Source of the DNA: Vitrella brassicaformis CCMP3155
Lineage: Eukaryota > Protista > Chromerida
Direction: 5' to 3'
Assembly (NCBI GenBank): GCA_001179505.1
Contig: CDMY01000294.1
Location: 67,350 to 131,349 of the forward strand
Length of the DNA stretch: 64,000 bases
Under the pieces are notes generated by a model, which was not told the origin of the DNA, did not search any database, and saw nothing but the letters and a program-made list of their open reading frames with translations. The translations under genes and the position numbers were made by a program. How positions within the stretch are numbered: position 1 is the first letter of the stretch; every line of letters starts with the position of its first letter. Of the stretch, positions 15,716-28,657 are shown one piece after another.

Positions 15716-18700
15716 CTATTTGTCCCCACCCTCCCTTCGTTCCCTGGCTGCCATCTGCGCGTCCATCTCCGCCTGCAGCTTGGCCCGGATCAGTGTCTGG
15801 TAGTACTCCAGCCGCCCCTGTTGGCTACCATCGGCAGACGGTTGGTCCCGCGCCGGTGGTTGCCCCTGGGCACCACCCTTCGGCTGCAGCTGCTTTTGCA
15901 TGGCGTCAAGGCATGTGGTGAGGTCGACGATCTCAGCCGCCCCGCCGAGTGCCTCGATGACCTTCTGGATGTAGGACAGATCGGTGGCCAGCTGACGCAG
16001 ACCGCCGCTGCTTAGACGCTCTATCTGAGAGAGACGACAGAGAGAGAGGCAGGCAGGCAAGCAGCCAGATGGCTGAGTGAGTGAGGGGGGTGGGTTGATA
16101 GAATGCGTGACTGTCTGACCTGCGCGGCCTTTGCCAGGAGAGTGCTGCCGACTGAGCCGAGCACACGGGGGAGCCACACAGACGCACCAGACTCCTACAC
16201 ACACACACACTGATATGCACTCCACACGAGTGCCGCGCGTGTGGATGTGTCCACCAGGCCTGTCTGTCTGTGTGTACCTGTGGGCCGTGTGCGGGCGATA
16301 CGGGTGTCTGGTTGGCCACCTGCTGCTGCTGCTGCTGGTGTTGCTGTGAGTGTGACTCGAGGTGGGGGACGAGGGAGAGCAGGTGCTCACCCACCGCTGT
16401 GATTAGCGACGTCGGCGAACCAGACAGACCAACCTCACCCTACACAACACACGGCCATAGGATGCTGTAACCAACCGATTGACCCACAGCAGTGCACTGT
16501 ACACGTAAGGTACCATCAGTGTGTCGTTGGAGACCGCCGTCCACTCGGTCAAGCTGTGATAATCCTGAAGACAAGACAAGACAAGACAAGACAAGACAGC
16601 CATGAGGTGCATTGCAACACACATCGAACCTTCCCACCCACCGACCTGAAGCGTGACGGTCACAGGGTATGTGCAGCACTGCGACACGACATCCTTGACG
16701 CGACTCCGTAAACGGTCAAACTCCGCCACTGCCACAGCCAGGACAAAGGGCCCATCGGATGACCCTGGGGCTTGCGGCGGGGGGATAGACGCGGCTGGTG
16801 GGCCCTCGGGCGGCTGCGTCTCAGCTGGTGGCTGCGACTCGATTATCTGCAAGGCCTTGGCAACACTCGCCGTCGGGATCGTCGACAGAGACGGCATCAG
16901 ATCGCTGGATGGACGGACGGACGCACAACACACGCAGATGGGGAAGAGACACAAGAGGCAAGTCCACACGGACAGGTGTGTGTGTTTTGTGTGTCTGGTT
17001 CCCTCACTTCTTGAGCGTTTTCTGCAGTGTGTTGAGCCTCGTGGGGCGGTGGTAGACGGCCTGGGCAGTGGCAAGCGCCGACCCCTGCAGGGCCGCGAAC
17101 TTGTCGGCCAGGACGGCCAGCAGGTTGTGGAACTGCAGGCACGTCATTAGCAGCGACACATCCAGCGGCACAAGCGCACCCGCACCCAGCCCCACACCGC
17201 CAGACGGGCCAGACACACGCTGCCGCTGCAGAGTGGACGCCTGGTTAGCCACACAGAGGGAGGGAGGGTGGATGGATTGCCGGTGGCTTGGTGTGGTGTG
17301 GTGCTTGGCTTGCCTTGTGTTTGATGGTGTTGGTGAAGATGTCGCAGAGGGGCGTCCACCTCTTCCAGTACTCGGCGCAAATGTCCTCGATGCCGGCCAG
17401 CCACACGGGCGCCAGGAGTGCAGCCGACAAGTCCTTAAGGGCCTCGCCGCTCTGCGTCAGCCGCCACAACACCTTCATGGCGTCCGTCTCGGCCTCGTAC
17501 ACCGCCTGTGTAGACAGACAACACACCCATACACACACAACACAACACACACCCAATGGAATGAGTCCTCTCGATAGGTAGACACACTGACCGACCTGTG
17601 ACGGCGGCCATGAGGGGTTGAATGGCGGCGATTTCGCGATGCTCTCCCGGAGCTTAGCGAGCAGCACCTGGCCCATCCCCCGCAGCAGCCCGTCGGGCAG
17701 AAGGCTCTCACGCACCGCTGGGGTGCCGCCATGGGTCTCCTCGGCTGGTGCAGGAGTGACGACGGCGATTGTTGGCCAGAGGCGCCTCTCGCTCTCGGCG
17801 ATGATGGGCGTGGCGCACAGCAGAAGGCAGCTCTGCTCGTACGCCTGCACCAGACGCTCGAAGATCTAATGCATGACACGCAGGCAGATCAGATGGATGA
17901 AAGCAAAGCTGCATCCATCGTGGCTGGGCCGTCGTGTGGGCGGCCGGGCCGCATGACACACCTGATAAGCCTCAGCGGTCCTCCTCTGCTCCATGGCCCA
18001 CTTCATGAGACGCCCGACGTCGGCATGTGGCACAGTGACGCTCGTCCGCACCAGGCCAGCAATGAGCTCCTTCCAGTCGATCTCCAGCACCAGCGGCGCC
18101 GCGCCCACCTGTGGATGGCCACGGGGCGATGTGGTCGTGGTCGTGAGGGACTCTTCCGGGAGGTTGGTGTCTCCCGATGTGCCGCCGAGCAGCATTGATG
18201 GTGAGTGTGGGCTGGAGAGGCCGCCGTCCTCATCTGCTTCGTCGTGTGCGGGTGTGCGGTGTGTGGGTGAGGAGTGGCGGGGGGTTTCGGGCTGGTAGTC
18301 GCTCACGGCCTTGAGCAGCTGGGTGTGCTGACATGACAGACACCACAGACAGACAAGAAAGAGAGAACGCAGTTTGTGCCATTCGGCGACGATATATGAG
18401 GGATGGGGACACTCTGATCTTCTCACTCCCCCACCCTGTTGATCTGTTTGGAAGTCTGTTCGAAGAAGAGCTGGACGGCATCGTTCTCGCTCAGACGGCT
18501 CTCGGGCTCGGCATACCCACCACCGCCCCCATCCAACAGGTCACCTGCTGCACGTATGCACACACAGACACGAGACGAGAAACACATGAAACGAAACCCG
18601 ACCTTCCCTCCCACTTCCCACTTCCCTCCTCTCTGTCTGTTGGTGGCCCACCTTTGTCATGTCTAAGGGTCTCTCCCTGCCGGCCCTCCCCCTCCCCGTC

Positions 18701-19558
18701 GGCACCCATGGTGGTCCGCCGCCAGAGGTTGCCCCAGATGTCCCGACACTCCTCAGCAAAACACTCCCTCGCCGCGTCCAGCCACGCCGCGCCCCCATCA
18801 TCCTTGAGCTGGCCGAACACCTCGGCGCACATCCGCAGCTCCTTGACGTTGACATCCGCCATGGCGGCGGCCATCTTGTGCTTGACCTCGGCCATCAGCT
18901 GGTCGTGGAAACGCTTGGCCACCGCGGCGCGCTTCGAGTACTCGGGAAGGACTTCCAGCACCTCGACGGTCTCCTGCAGGGCGGTGAGGTGGCCTGACAC
19001 GGGCAGCAGGCTGCCCGACACCAGCAGCGCCTCGATCTCCTTGACGCGATACTCCCACTGGTGGATCTCGGTCAGCACGCGCTTGCACGTCTCGAGTCGT
19101 CCCTTGGCGGCGTCGATCTCCGAGAGGAAGGCCAGGCTCTCCTGCTGGTCCGTGTCGACGATCGACAGCTCCCCAAGCAGCACCCGTAGCCGCTCCTTGC
19201 ACCGGCTGATCTCGTGACGCATCTTGCCGATGTCGCTCAGGAGGCCCGGGATGGAGCTCACGATCTGGCTGCCGACCACCTCGACAGACGACGAGAGGTC
19301 CGCACACGCCATCTGCAGCTGCATGGACAGAGTCGACAGGAAGGAGTCCATCCCAGGGGCGGCGGCTGATGCTGACGACGAAGGGGCTGCTCCCTTCTGG
19401 CCCTGCGAGAGCGGCCGGCCCTGTCTGCTTGCATTGGTGCCGGCTGCGGCGGTGAGCTGGAACTCCTGCATGAGGCCGTCCAGCCATTTGGCAGCATCGA
19501 ACCTCTGGTCTTCGAGAGGCCGCAGATCTAGCCTGCCGTCAGCCGTATACGCACTCAT
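15716..19558 (-). CDS. COG7: Conserved oligomeric Golgi complex subunit 7
   Basis: N-terminus FDAAKWLD..SFLSTLSMQLQ..IPGLLSDI..LSEIDAAKGRL..EIHQW..LEVLPEYSKR and C-terminal GEHLLSLVPHLES and QLATDLSYIQKVIEALG match the COG7 pattern. Multi-exon. Confidence 0.88.
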
Positions 19559-19715
19559 CTCTCAGATTTGTGTGACAACGATTTGCTTCCTTTTGTTGTC
19601 GTGTGGTCACTGCGGCGCGGGTGCCTTCCGTCGGTCGGTCGGTTAATCCAGCCACCAGCTCGCCATTTGCGAGCTAAATGAATCCTGGGTGCCAAGACTG
19701 GGAATTCGCAAAGGA

Positions 19716-21689
19716 TGAGAATGGGAAGAGATGAGAGGCAGATCTTGTCGTTGTTCGATTGAGTCATTCGCTCATTGAAAGCGATGAATGGCGAGGTGGC
19801 CAGAGGAGGCGACAGGAGGCCGTGGAGGACAAAGCACGAGGTACGGGAACGGAAGCAAGAAGGAGAAGTCAGTCAAAGAAGAATGCGCTGAGTGTGTTTG
19901 TCTTGATGGCAGGCGCTGGTTGCTGCGGAGGTGCTTACCTTTCTGGTTGGCTATGAGCTGGATCTGCTGCAGCGCGTCAACAGGCGCTTCAGAGACGCCA
20001 CCGCTGGTCGGTTAGTCAGCATGCGCAATGCCATCCATCCATCCAACACGTGTGCTGTTCTGTTGTGTTGTGTTGCTGGTGGTTGATGCAGGTTCTGACA
20101 GTGACTACTTGTGGAGCGTGTGTTGCCAGCAGGAGCTTGGTGGCAGATTCGTGTGCTCTCTGCCATGGCGGCACTACTACATCAGGTGCTTCAGCAACCA
20201 CCATTTCTGGTACAGGACCCAGACGCACCAGTTCCGCTCGGTGATCGCGCGATGGGCGGCAAAATGGACAAGCCACATGGTCACCGACCCGTCAGCGCTG
20301 CTCCAATCGAACCAAGAAGAAGACGGAAACGGTGCTGCTGACAGACCGACTGCAGCTCGCGAGAGAGATGATGGGCAGCGTGCCATGCTGTCACTTGGGC
20401 CCTCAAATGAAGCTGCGGTGATTGACGCTGACGCTGGCTCAGATCAGGCGGTGATTGGGGAGCAGACCATCGAGCTGAGGACAAAGGTCAGGAGAGGAAG
20501 GAAGGAAAGAAGGACGAACCGATGTAGATCGATCAAGACGAGCCCCGTTCCTNNNNNNNNNNNNNNNNNNNNNNNNNNNNNNNNNNNNNNNNNNNNNNNN
20601 NNNNNNNNNNNNNNNNNNNNNNNNNNNNNNNNNNNNNNNNNNNNNNNNNNNNNNNNNNNNNNNNNNNNNNNNNNNNNNNNNNNNNNNNNNNNNNNNNNNN
20701 NNNNNNNNNNNNNNNNNNNNNNNNNNNNNNNNNNNNNNNNNNNNNNNNNNNNNNNNNNNNNNNNNNNNNNNNNNNNNNNNNNNNNNNNNNNNNNNNNNNN
20801 NNNNNNNNNNNNNNNNNNNNNNNNNNNNNNNNNNNNNNNNNNNNNNNNNNNNTGAGAATGGGAAGAGATGAGAGGCAGATCTTGTCGTTGTTCGATTGAG
20901 TCATTCGCTCATTGAAAGCGATGAATGGCGAGGTGGCCAGAGGAGGCGACAGGAGGCCGTGGAGGACAAAGCACGAGGTACGGGAACGGAAGCAAGAAGG
21001 AGAAGTCAGTCAAAGAAGAATGCGCTGAGTGTGTTTGTCTTGATGGCAGGCGCTGGTTGCTGCGGAGGTGCTTACCTTTCTGGTTGGCTATGAGCTGGAT
21101 CTGCTGCAGCGCGTCAACAGGCGCTTCAGAGACGCCACCGCTGGTCGGTTAGTCAGCATGCGCAATGCCATCCATCCATCCAACACGTGTGCTGTTCTGT
21201 TGTGTTGTGTTGCTGGTGGTTGATGCAGGTTCTGACAGTGACTACTTGTGGAGCGTGTGTTGCCAGCAGGAGCTTGGTGGCAGATTCGTGTGCTCTCTGC
21301 CATGGCGGCACTACTACATCAGGTGCTTCAGCAACCACCATTTCTGGTACAGGACCCAGACGCACCAGTTCCGCTCGGTGATCGCGCGATGGGCGGCAAA
21401 ATGGACAAGCCACATGGTCACCGACCCGTCAGCGCTGCTCCAATCGAACCAAGAAGAAGACGGAAACGGTGCTGCTGACAGACCGACTGCAGCTCGCGAG
21501 AGAGATGATGGGCAGCGTGCCATGCTGTCACTTGGGCCCTCAAATGAAGCTGCGGTGATTGACGCTGACGCTGGCTCAGATCAGGCGGTGATTGGGGAGC
21601 AGACCATCGAGCTGAGGACAAAGGTCAGGAGAGGAAGGAAGGAAAGAAGGACGAACCGATGTAGATCGATCAAGACGAGCCCCGTTCCT
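19716..21689. repeat. 837-bp apparently identical direct duplication flanking an N-gap (19716-20552 = 20853-21689)
   Basis: Offset 1137; the ORF track lists identical ORFs in both copies. Probably a scaffolding artefact. Confidence 0.85.
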
Positions 21690-23717
21690 CTTTTGTCGTG
21701 GGTGGCAGATGGACCTCTGGCGCGTGATGGATTGCTTCGTCGAGGGTGAACACAGGACAGGTGAGGCGGATAGCTGCAGCGAGGGAAAGTGACAGCGCAC
21801 AAACCGTCCCATGCACCCATTCGATCCTGTGACGTCCCAGGCCGTTTCTCAGCTGCATTATGGATCCACCCTGGCGATGGCAACAAGAGGCTCATCCCTC
21901 CGCCCCCCGGCACCTTCCCACCCACAAGGAGCCCGCAAAACAGGTGTGCCAAGCGGCCAAGAGTCGACAGGTCTGCGGCAGCAAGGGACGCTGGCAGGAG
22001 GTATGGAGGCTGGCGGTGCTTCCGGTGGCTGCCTATCGTGGAGATATCTGTCAAAGCTCATTTTGACGACCCGACGGACCCCTTTAGAGAGGCGGACGAG
22101 CCATTGTCTTCTCGGCTGGCGATCCGTCTGTCGCCATCGATGGAGTACTTGGGCATCACTGTGCAAGAAGACGATCACGAGGGCCTGCTGGGAGAGGATG
22201 CAGAAGGGGAGGGTGATGGTGGCGGGGGCAGCGACATCGAGATTGACAGCGACGTGCTTCTTCTGACGGATGCTGCGCTGGAAATTGAAAGCCCCCCGGA
22301 TGTGCCTGCTGAGAGAGAGCAGTCAGTGGCAGACGGGCGGGGAGAGCCGGTGGCCGACGGGCAACAACAACAAGGCCAAGAGAGGGCGATGGTGATTGGC
22401 GCCAGTGATGTTGATGTCCCGGAGGAGAGAAAGGGCCCTCCACACACACTCTGCATCCAGATCCATGCCGGTAAGTATGTGACCTATCCCTTGTATGTCG
22501 ATGGCTCATCCTCCCTCCCTCCTCTGTGTGGTGTTCTCTCTATGGGTGCGGTGCAGCCGATATGGCTGAAGTCTTTCCGTCGCCCCCGCTGTTCCTCCCG
22601 CCTCCCCCTTTCCCGTTGCGCAACGGTCGGGGGCCCGACCGGCTCGCACAAACGTGCGATGTGCCCGAACCGACTGCCACGATGGGAGTGAAGGAGTTCG
22701 TCAAGGGGCTGGGCATGTACGTGTGTTTCGAAGACCCAGAGACCAAGTAAATAGGCACCTACACACTGCGGTGCATGCCCTAACGAGTGTAGGTAGCTGG
22801 TCACTGTCTGTCTGTCTGTCTGTCTGTCTGTGTGCGTCAGAATCGCTGTTTCTCGGCTGAGCTGCAGCCGGTTGCCGGATTTCGTCACTGCAGAGGACGA
22901 CAGTGATACGGACGAGAAAAGCGATGACGACCAGGCGGGCACTTGTGACAAGCAGGCGGTGTACCTGGAGGCCATGATGCACCCCGTGGGTGCGTCCAGG
23001 AGTGTGTGGTGGAGTGAGGGAGAGGGGGAGGGGGACAGTGGCGGAGACAATGTTGCGGAGGGAAGGAGGCGGTACGATGACGAGAAGGGGTGTCAGGTAG
23101 AACATCAGATCCTGCACAAGGACCATTTTGATCTCGTCTTCAACCCGGGTGGGCAGGAAAGCTCCATCGATCCCTCTTGCTTGCACCTGTACTGTGTTAT
23201 GTGTGTGTGTCAGAGTTGTTGGTGCATGTGCCTGTGTATGCCCTGATTGCCAGCTTTTGGTTCTGCTGGAGCCCACCACAGCCAACACGGCGCCACCATC
23301 CCCCACTCCTCTGCTTTGGCCGCACTGCAGAGGGTAAATGACGACACACACGTCTAGACTCCCCCTCAAGACACACCAACTCCATGTGTCTATCGTCTGC
23401 GTGTGTGCGCAGGTCGCTTAACCAAGACGAGCCGCACCGAGCACGTCTTCCTCTTCCGCTTCGACGCCCAGCCGCCCGACCGCCTCGCCTCGCCATACGA
23501 CGCACCCCCGCCAACTGCAGATGATAATGCAGAAGTGATTGGTGAGGAGGGAGAGGGAGAGGAGGACGACAGCAGCGACCTCACCATGTGGTCGCTGCGG
23601 TTGCACCTCGACTCGAGTGTGCGGCACGGCGGCATGATGCGGCGGTTCGCCCTGTCGCTGAACGAGTCGCATGTGCGAATGATGGCGGCTAACTGTGGGG
23701 TGCAGATTGGCGAATAG
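20921..23717 (+). CDS. F-box-like domain protein (5' part also present at 19784-20552)
   Basis: MNGEVARGGDRRPWRTKHE|ALVAAEVLTFLVGYELDLLQRVNRRFRDATA|GSDSDYLWSVCCQQELGG..PWRHYY resembles an F-box followed by the usual LW...W..Y helix. Later exons are in frame to stop 23717. Confidence 0.6.
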
Positions 23718-23919
23718 TGAGTGGCCGAATGTGGTCGTGTAATCTTAGCGTTGATGGGGGGAGACAGTGACTTTTGTCGTTGGGCTGGGTCTGGATAGCT
23801 GAATGTTCGTCCGTGTGATGGCGTTCGGGTTTGTGAAACGCGAGGGCAAGCGAGTAAATTGTTTCTTTCCGGGCGTTGCGAATGTCGTTGAGCTTTTCCG
23901 AGCCAATTTACGGCTTTCG

Positions 23920-23948
23920 AACCCTATCCCTATAACCCAAACCCTAAA
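23920..23948 (+). repeat. Degenerate telomere-like (ACCCTA) cluster
   Basis: aaccctatccctataacccaaaccctaaa. Confidence 0.6.
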
Positions 23949-23977
23949 TCCATCGGCATTTGAGACCGACAGCATTT

Positions 23978-24049
23978 AAGATCGACGGCGCTTAAAGATC
24001 GACGGCGCTTAAGCTCGACGGCGGCGACCGGGCGGTCAAGATCGACGGC
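23978..24049 (+). repeat. Four short direct repeats AAG(A/C)TCGACGGC
   Basis: Copies start at 23978, 23995, 24011 and 24038. Confidence 0.85.
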
Positions 24050-24246
24050 ATTCAGGACCCGCTCTACAGTGTACCGTACATCTCATCCTCATTCTCATCT
24101 CATTCTCATTTCTCACGCATTCCCATCTCTGCCAATCGGCGGCTCTATAGTGTGCCACTTCCTTTCGGCAGCTTCATTTATTCTCATCTTGGTAACTTCT
24201 CTCGTGCCACGCCATTGACGAAGACCAGCACGCCTCCCACCCTGGA

Positions 24247-24757
24247 ATGCCGCCACCGTTATGGCAATTCACCCACGACGCCGCATACACCGGTCCGGCC
24301 TTCGCCATGCCGTGCACCATCTCTATCGCCATTGTCGCCCACCATCGGCCCTGGCCAACGCCAATGTCACCAATGCGTCCGACCGACAATACGCATGACG
24401 AGCACATGACCCCAGTGGATGGAGACGGTGACGTGATAATGGTCGACGCCCCTCGTGAAGGAGCAGACGGATGTGCAGCGGGACGCACTTTCTCTCAAGG
24501 TCAAGTCGCCCACCGTCCAGCAACAGCAGCAGCAGGAGGAGCCCACCATCCCCCTCCGCCCGTCCGCTGGTGTGGGTGTGGCTGTGCCGGTGAAGGGCAT
24601 GATAGCGGCGGAGGCCAAGAATGTGAGGACGGACAATCTGGAGCTGTACGCCGGACAGAGGAAAAGGTCTGTACGCCGGACAGAGGAAGGGGTCTGTGGA
24701 GGGCCGGAAGGGTGATGGGAGCAAGGTGGAGGACCAGACACACCGAACGTACAACGC
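24247..24757 (+). other. Possible hypothetical gene fragment, broken by a gap
   Basis: Overlapping ORFs (MTPVDGDGDVIMVDAP; EQTDVQRDALSLKVKSP) with a paralogous 30-bp piece near 25930. No domain recognised. Confidence 0.25.
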
Positions 24758-26843
24758 NNNNNNNNNNNNNNNNNNNNNNNNNNNNNNNNNNNNNNNNNNN
24801 NNNNNNNNNNNNNNNNNNNNNNNNNNNNNNNNNNNNNNNNNNNNNNNNNNNNNNNNNNNNNNNNNNNNNNNNNNNNNNNNNNNNNNNNNNNNNNNNNNNN
24901 NNNNNNNNNNNNNNNNNNNNNNNNNNNNNNNNNNNNNNNNNNNNNNNNNNNNNNNNNNNNNNNNNNNNNNNNNNNNNNNNNNNNNNNNNNNNNNNNNNNN
25001 NNNNNNNNNNNNNNNNNNNNNNNNNNNNNNNNNNNNNNNNNNNNNNNNNNNNNNNNNTAGGTGTAGCTATACTGTCTCTCTGCATGTGTGTCTCTTTGTC
25101 TTTCTTTTGTCGTTCAGTGCTGGATGGCGTGTCGACTCTGCCAGGTGCGCCCCACCGTCCCTCGCCCCTCGCCAGTCGCTACCCAGTGTCCGAGTAATCC
25201 CCCAAGGCGGCTCTCCTCCGTCCGCGGGCCGGATGGCTGCGGCCGTCCCCTCCGTCCGCGGGCCGGATGGCTGCGGCCGTCCGACCCATGGGATGACCCA
25301 CACCTGCAACCAAGGAGGGACAACCGAGAGGCACAACCGAGAGGGCGTACCGACTCAATACGGAGAGACACTTCCTCCCTTTCACCTCCTTGACTGTTCT
25401 GTAGGACCGAGGCCGCTTCTTTCAAGATTTCTGTGGTGTGTCGGTATTGGCTGGGCGGCCTTGAGGCGTCTGCCTCGGCTGTATCCACCTGTCGGCAGCT
25501 GATCTGCCATCATTTTTCTATGGGAGCAGGAGCAAGATGTACACCACGCACTTCAGCCCGTGAGCCACCCAGAGGGAGGCCAGGGCAATGAAGTGGCGAC
25601 GGCGGGGATCTCGAGGAAACTCGAAAACGGTCGCCTTCTTGTGGACATGCGGCGGTGGATTGCATGGCGCTGGTAGACGGGGCTCTTGTGGGGTGACGAC
25701 CCTTGTTGAGCATCTGTGTTGTTAGCTTGTCGTGTTTGTTAGCATCGATTGTCTGTCTTTGAAAGACTTTTGATGAAGGACTGCTGTAGCGTAGATAAAA
25801 GGACTGCCTACTGACCACAGACTATCGTGGCCTCTGTGCCTTTCATCACCAAGTCGTGCGACCAACAACGAGCAGCATCATTCACAATGTCCACACACAC
25901 CGACCACGTCGACACACACCCCTCATGTAGGAGCAGACGGATGTGCAGCGGGACGCGGTTTGTGCAGGGCCGAGTAGGGAATGGTGTTTGATCGGGTGGC
26001 GAGAGAGGCAATAAGGGTGGCAGACAACGAACGTTGATGTGGAATGAATGCATCCCCATGATAGATACAGTCGGCAGGTCCGTACTCACACACCCACACA
26101 CGAGTACAAACTTCCCCTCCACGGCAGGCAGGTTAGGCAGGCAGACAGACAGGGAGCTGGATACACACACGCCTCCCACTGTCCACACACACACAGACTC
26201 ACAGACTCGTAGCTAACTTGCAGCCGCCAGTGAGTGTATCCGCACACCCACATAGCCGCAGCAGCCTGGGAGGACGGGCAGAAGTAGATAGAGAGATACA
26301 CAGACAGCACACCATAGACAGACAAGGAAGGAGCCAGTGAGTGAGCAGATCGCCTAGCTACATGGACGGACAAGTACAAGTAGGTAGGTATCCAAGTTTG
26401 TTTGTTTGTGTCGATCGACAACAGAAAAACGCGGCAATTAATGCGGCCCATTCAGCGCAATGCCTGCCGACTTATCAATACATACATACATAGTACTAAC
26501 GGATCACTTTCCCCACCCTGTCTGTCTGTCTGTCTGTCTGCCAGTGCGGTCACTGGATAGCTACATAGACCACCCTCCCTCCATCCCGATTGAATTGGTC
26601 GCTCCGGCCATCCATCCATCCATCCATCCATCCGTCCGTCCGTCACGCCGCCCCCAATTGCATTGCAGCCAACAGGCATCCGTACGTATACACAGTCAGT
26701 CAGTCAGTCGTTAGATATCCATGTGCATGTCATGTATATACACAGCAAACACCCCTCCCTCCCTCCCCTGTCTCATTAACCAGCCAACCAACCAGCCAGC
26801 ACCTTCCTAGTGTCCATCGCTCGGTCAACCGAAGGCAGGTCAT

Positions 26844-28431
26844 TCATTCCTCCCTCCCCGGGCCGCCGTGTGGGCTGATGCCCCCCTCCCCCCTGTGGTG
26901 TGCGATCAGCATCTGTGTGTCTTCGTCGCTGGAGCCCCCCGGCTCCTCGTCGTTGGCCAAAGGGGAGCCCGCCTCGGTCGAGACGTTGCTGTGGTCCCTC
27001 TCCGTCAGCTCACGCGCCTCCTTGTGGGCGCCGTCCTTGTTGACAAGTTTGTTCTGTTGGTGGGGTGATTTGCTCTGTTTGGGCTCGGAGGCTGCTTGGA
27101 GCTTTAGATGGGTGTACCAGAAAATGCCGATCAGAGTCATTATCACGCCCTGCACTCATTCAATTCATTGTCCCCCCCCAGGACACACACACACACACAC
27201 ACACAGAGAGAGAGAGTGCCTATGGCTGTGGTGCGTGCGGACGAGCTCGCGAGGGATTGGTGGCTTACCGTGATGTTTTTCCAAGTGGCCTCTTGGCCGA
27301 AAACGAGGTATCCGGTGAGGAGGATGCAGGTGAGCTTGCCGTGGCCCAGGACGTTGTAGGAGATGGGAGACGTCTTGCCGATGACCAGAAAGATCGACAG
27401 ATTCACCAGGAAGGCCAACGCCGCTGACAGACAGACACACAGACAGACAGACAGATCCACGACCGCCGGCCGCCTCATGTCATGTCATGTCATGCCTATG
27501 TATGTCGTGACTGACAGGCCGGCCGGGTGGGTACCGACTTACCTGAAGTGAGTATCCAGAATGTGACCCACGGGGTGAAGTCGAAGAGGAGCAGCCCCGG
27601 GTTGCCGTCTTTGTCGGTGACAAGCGGCTCCATGAAGGGCACCAGGCAGCACAGCATCACACCCGACACGGCCGACTGGTAGTACAGCAGCTGCGGAGAT
27701 GTGCACTGCAGAGACTCCTGCATGGGGCACGCCACGCACCAGCCAACCACACACACATACACACACACACACACACATCTCTTAGCACGTCGCACAGTGC
27801 AATCAAGCTCCTGTGCACCCTCGCGCACCTGTTCCTTCTTGACCCATATCTGGTAGAGCGATGTTGAAATGATGCCTGCCCCGCCGAAGACGAGGCCCCA
27901 GAAGTTGACCTCGATGGACGTGACAGTGGCCAGCGCCACCCCCACGCACACAGGCACTAGCGATATGATCTGCCAAAAGGGCAACACCTGACGGAACAAG
28001 GCACACACAAGCCAAGAGTGTTCCATTCCATCTCCCTGGGTGTGGTCTGTGTGTGGCAGGCACCCTACACCGACCTGCTTGTATAGCGTATGTTGCAGGA
28101 CGATGATCGTTGGTGTGGTGAGCACCTTGAGCAGCTGGTAGATGCCCACGGCGTTGTACTGCAGGCTTAGGTTGTTGAACACCACAAAGCCGCAGAAGGC
28201 CAGGCTGATGGGCACCACCGAGATGATGGAGAGCGCCTTCTTGTCAAAGAGGCCGTATCGGCTGCCGATCTCCAGGCCGACGAACGTGAAGGTGAAGTGC
28301 AACGTGGTGAGGCTGACGGTGAAATTGAAGCCCGCGTTGAAGGCTATCTTGTTCGCCCAGATGATCAGCACCGACGTCGTGAAGTTGAGAGCCATGTAAA
28401 AGGGGATCAGCCACCGGGGAGCCTCCGTCAT
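26844..28431 (-). CDS. Nucleotide-sugar/triose-phosphate transporter family protein (SLC35E3/UXT-like)
   Basis: MALNFTTSVLIIWANK, FNFTVSLTTLHF, FCGFVVFNNLSLQYNAVGIYQLLKVLTTP, STSLYQIWV, QLLYYQS, AFLVNLSIFLVIGKTSPISYNVLGHGK, GVIMTLIGIFWYT. Multi-pass membrane pattern. Confidence 0.9.
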
Positions 28432-28575
28432 GGCGGCGACAGGGACCAGCAAGAGTCACCAGACTAGAGAAGCAGAAACCAAACCCGGCAAAACAGGCAG
28501 GAAACACCGACCAGGCAGGCAGGCAGACAGACGCTCAGCAAAGGCCGCCTGACGAAGGCTCCTCCCTGCAGCAGC

Positions 28576-28598
28576 AGCAGTTTCAGGGAGCACCCTAG
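28576..28598 (-). promoter_or_regulatory. Conserved 23-bp promoter motif, copy 2 (CTAGGGTGCTCCCTGAAACTGCT)
   Basis: Lies between the transporter start (28431) and the PUF60 start (28658). Confidence 0.7.
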
Positions 28599-28657
28599 CC
28601 AAGCTTGCGAGCTCAGATCACAAGCAGAGTGGAAGAAGCCAAAAGATCTGTCAGAGG

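Noticed and set aside
19716-21689. Apparent tandem duplication of the F-box gene 5' end
   Set aside because: The copies look identical and directly flank a fixed-size N gap, which is typical of unmerged contig overlap.
23978-24049. CRISPR-like array
   Set aside because: The repeats are 12 bp with almost no spacers, there are no cas genes, and the context is eukaryotic.
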